Positions 25,189 through 25,283 of a stretch of DNA of 25,283 nt are shown piece after piece. Origin of the DNA: a virus (lineage: Duplodnaviria > Caudoviricetes). Positions within the stretch are counted from its first letter, which is position 1, and the number at the start of each line of letters is the position of its first letter. The position numbers were made by a program, and so were the translations under genes. The notes under the pieces are model-generated. The model made no database searches, was not told the DNA's origin, and worked only from the letters and a program-made list of their open reading frames with translations. Where the stretch lies: positions 1 through 25,283 of IMG/VR virus record IMGVR_UViG_3300025543_000191; one strand, 5' to 3'.

Positions 25189-25283
25189 CCTAGATTAGTA
25201 AGAGCTCCTAATGGTAAACTTATTACCTTTACATGCACACTTCTAGAAATGTGCTCTGGTTTAGTAGCTGTATTAGGGTTTTG
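25185..25283 (-). CDS. 3' end of a hypothetical protein (partial)
   Basis: Open frame QNPNTATKPEHISRSVHVKVISLPLGALTNLG ending in TGA at 25187-25185. Confidence 0.55.
   Translation of the reverse strand, partial: QNPNTATKPEHISRSVHVKVISLPLGALTNLG

Overview
AT-rich (roughly 30% GC by eye) segment of a tailed dsDNA phage genome. Gene content and order resemble podovirus-like phages of SAR11/Pelagibacterales (HTVC023P-like or uvMED-type); this assignment is inference, not a search result. From left to right: terminase small subunit (+); a repeat-rich intergenic region that may be an origin or packaging site; a stand-alone hyper-acidic 44-aa peptide gene; a PD-(D/E)XK exonuclease flanked by two related HNH endonucleases; several micro-ORFs missed by the ORF track; a candidate sRNA opposite an RHH-type regulator; and a replication module (PolA with Leu at the 762-equivalent position, DUF3310, UvrD-like helicase, AEP primase, SSB-like protein) divergent from an SNF2 helicase. 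Next come an Hsp20 gene with a sigma32-type promoter and ROSE-like thermometer, a pyruvoyl-dependent SpeD-family decarboxylase and an M15 peptidase. The window ends with four putative internal virion/ejection proteins headed by an RTX-toxin-activating (HlyC/TAAT-like) acyltransferase. No tRNA, rRNA, CRISPR array or integrase was seen.
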